Shown here piece by piece: positions 63,396-64,000 of a DNA stretch of 64,000 bases (position 1 is its first letter; every line of letters starts with the position of its first letter). The DNA comes from an uncultured Stomatobaculum sp. (GTDB lineage: Bacteria > Bacillota > Clostridia > Lachnospirales > Lachnospiraceae): contig CALEYG010000022.1 of the NCBI GenBank assembly GCA_937924975.1, positions 11 to 64,010 on the forward strand, in the 5' to 3' direction. The position numbers were made by a program, and so were the translations under genes. The notes beneath the pieces were generated by a model. It did no database searches. It was not told the DNA's origin and was given only the letters and a program-made list of their open reading frames with translations.

Positions 63396-64000
63396 CGTCT
63401 TCCCCCGGTGCGCTGTCTCACGGCTCTCTGCTTTGCCGCGCGACTCTCGCGGAGCATGCGGTGCACGGCATAGCTGTTCTTTAAGGACTGGGGCGTCACC
63501 TCGCCCGCAATGCCCGCCTTCTGTCCGTAGGCGCGTATCATCTTCCAGACGCCCTGGCGGCTCAGCGCGCCGCCGCTCAGGTTAAAAAAGAGATGCTCTT
63601 CTTCCGCGGTCTTTAAGAGCAGCGGCCGCCCGGACTCAAGGTACAGACAGAGCGCCTGCCGAAGCTCCTCGTCAAACGAGACCACGCGCTCCCGCCCTCT
63701 CGACTGCCGGCGCACATAGCCAAGCTGTACATCCACATCGCCGGTCTTCAGCGAGATGAGCTCGGAGACTCGGAGTCCCGTCGCACAGAGAAGCCCGAGC
63801 ATCGCGCGGTCGCGGAGCTGCTTTGCACTGCTCCCCTCGGTCTCGCGGAGAAAGCTCTGAATCTCCTCCTCCTCGAGAATATAGGGATTCCGGTGTTCCT
63901 GCCGCATGCAGCGCAATCCCTCCGCCGGGGACGTGAGATAGCGCCCGCCCGCCGTCTCATACGCAAAAAAAGCGCGGATGGAAGCCGCCGCGCGGTTAAT
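63392..64000 (-). CDS. XerD-like tyrosine-recombinase homolog, C-terminally truncated/degenerate; 5' end lies beyond the window
   Basis: The frame stays open to position 64000 ('[28 protein letters not shown]...'). Box I '[19 protein letters not shown]' is present. The 'HxLRH' position reads 'QSLKN', and the protein stops before the H-x(n)-Y nucleophile segment. ATGA overlap with uvrB. Confidence 0.65.
   Translation of the reverse strand: MNRAAASIRAFFAYETAGGRYLTSPAEGLRCMRQEHRNPYILEEEEIQSFLRETEGSSAKQLRDRAMLGLLCATGLRVSELISLKTGDVDVQLGYVRRQSRGRERVVSFDEELRQALCLYLESGRPLLLKTAEEEHLFFNLSGGALSRQGVWKMIRAYGQKAGIAGEVTPQSLKNSYAVHRMLRESRAAKQRAVRQRTGGRR

Noticed and set aside
63392-64000. Integrase marking the edge of an integrated mobile element, given tRNA-Arg 2 kb away.
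   Set aside because: The recombinase homolog lacks catalytic residues and is translationally coupled to uvrB. Everything between it and the tRNA is core housekeeping. I saw no att-like direct repeat of the tRNA 3' end in the window.

Overview
High-GC (roughly 60% by eye) chromosomal segment. Gene content looks Firmicutes/Clostridia-like: GerMN lipoprotein, SLH-domain protein, CIRCE operator, ComEC and AGGAGG-type RBSs. I call 50 protein genes, 49 of them on the minus strand, many with 1-19 nt start/stop overlaps. There are also 2 minus-strand tRNAs (Ser-CGA, Arg-CCG). I saw no rRNA, CRISPR array, IS/transposase or prophage genes. Layout: (i) 59-19477 is a 17-gene surface-glycan locus. It holds a WbaP-type initiating phosphoglycosyltransferase, three GT-B glycosyltransferases and a Wzm/Wzt ABC exporter whose Wzt carries an extra C-terminal domain. 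It also holds a SAM methyltransferase fused to a coiled coil built from in-register 84-bp repeats, a Wzy_C/O-antigen-ligase-like membrane protein, rfbF/rfbG with an SDR reductase and a Glf-type mutase, and a much AT-richer GtrA + large polytopic membrane protein module at the left edge. (ii) 19493-32590 is housekeeping: ppk1-ppx, pheA, plsC, clpB (CIRCE overlapping its promoter), comEC, a GerMN lipoprotein and an orphan histidine kinase. (iii) 33621-38419 is an SLH protein + MacAB-like ABC efflux operon. (iv) gap-pgk-tpiA. (v) 41856-48125 holds three consecutive zinc-ribbon-anchored membrane proteins of unknown function. Two are diverged paralogs, each preceded by a conserved ~110-nt promoter/terminator-hairpin leader. 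This is my best candidate for an undescribed system. (vi) 48323-64000 is housekeeping: Na/Pi-PhoU, NUDIX, mnmA, cysteine desulfurase, metA, ligA, pseudouridine synthase, queA, uvrB and a truncated XerD-like gene running off the window. All functional calls come from reading motifs in the supplied translations; no database search was possible. Most long plus-strand ORFs are antisense artefacts of high GC.
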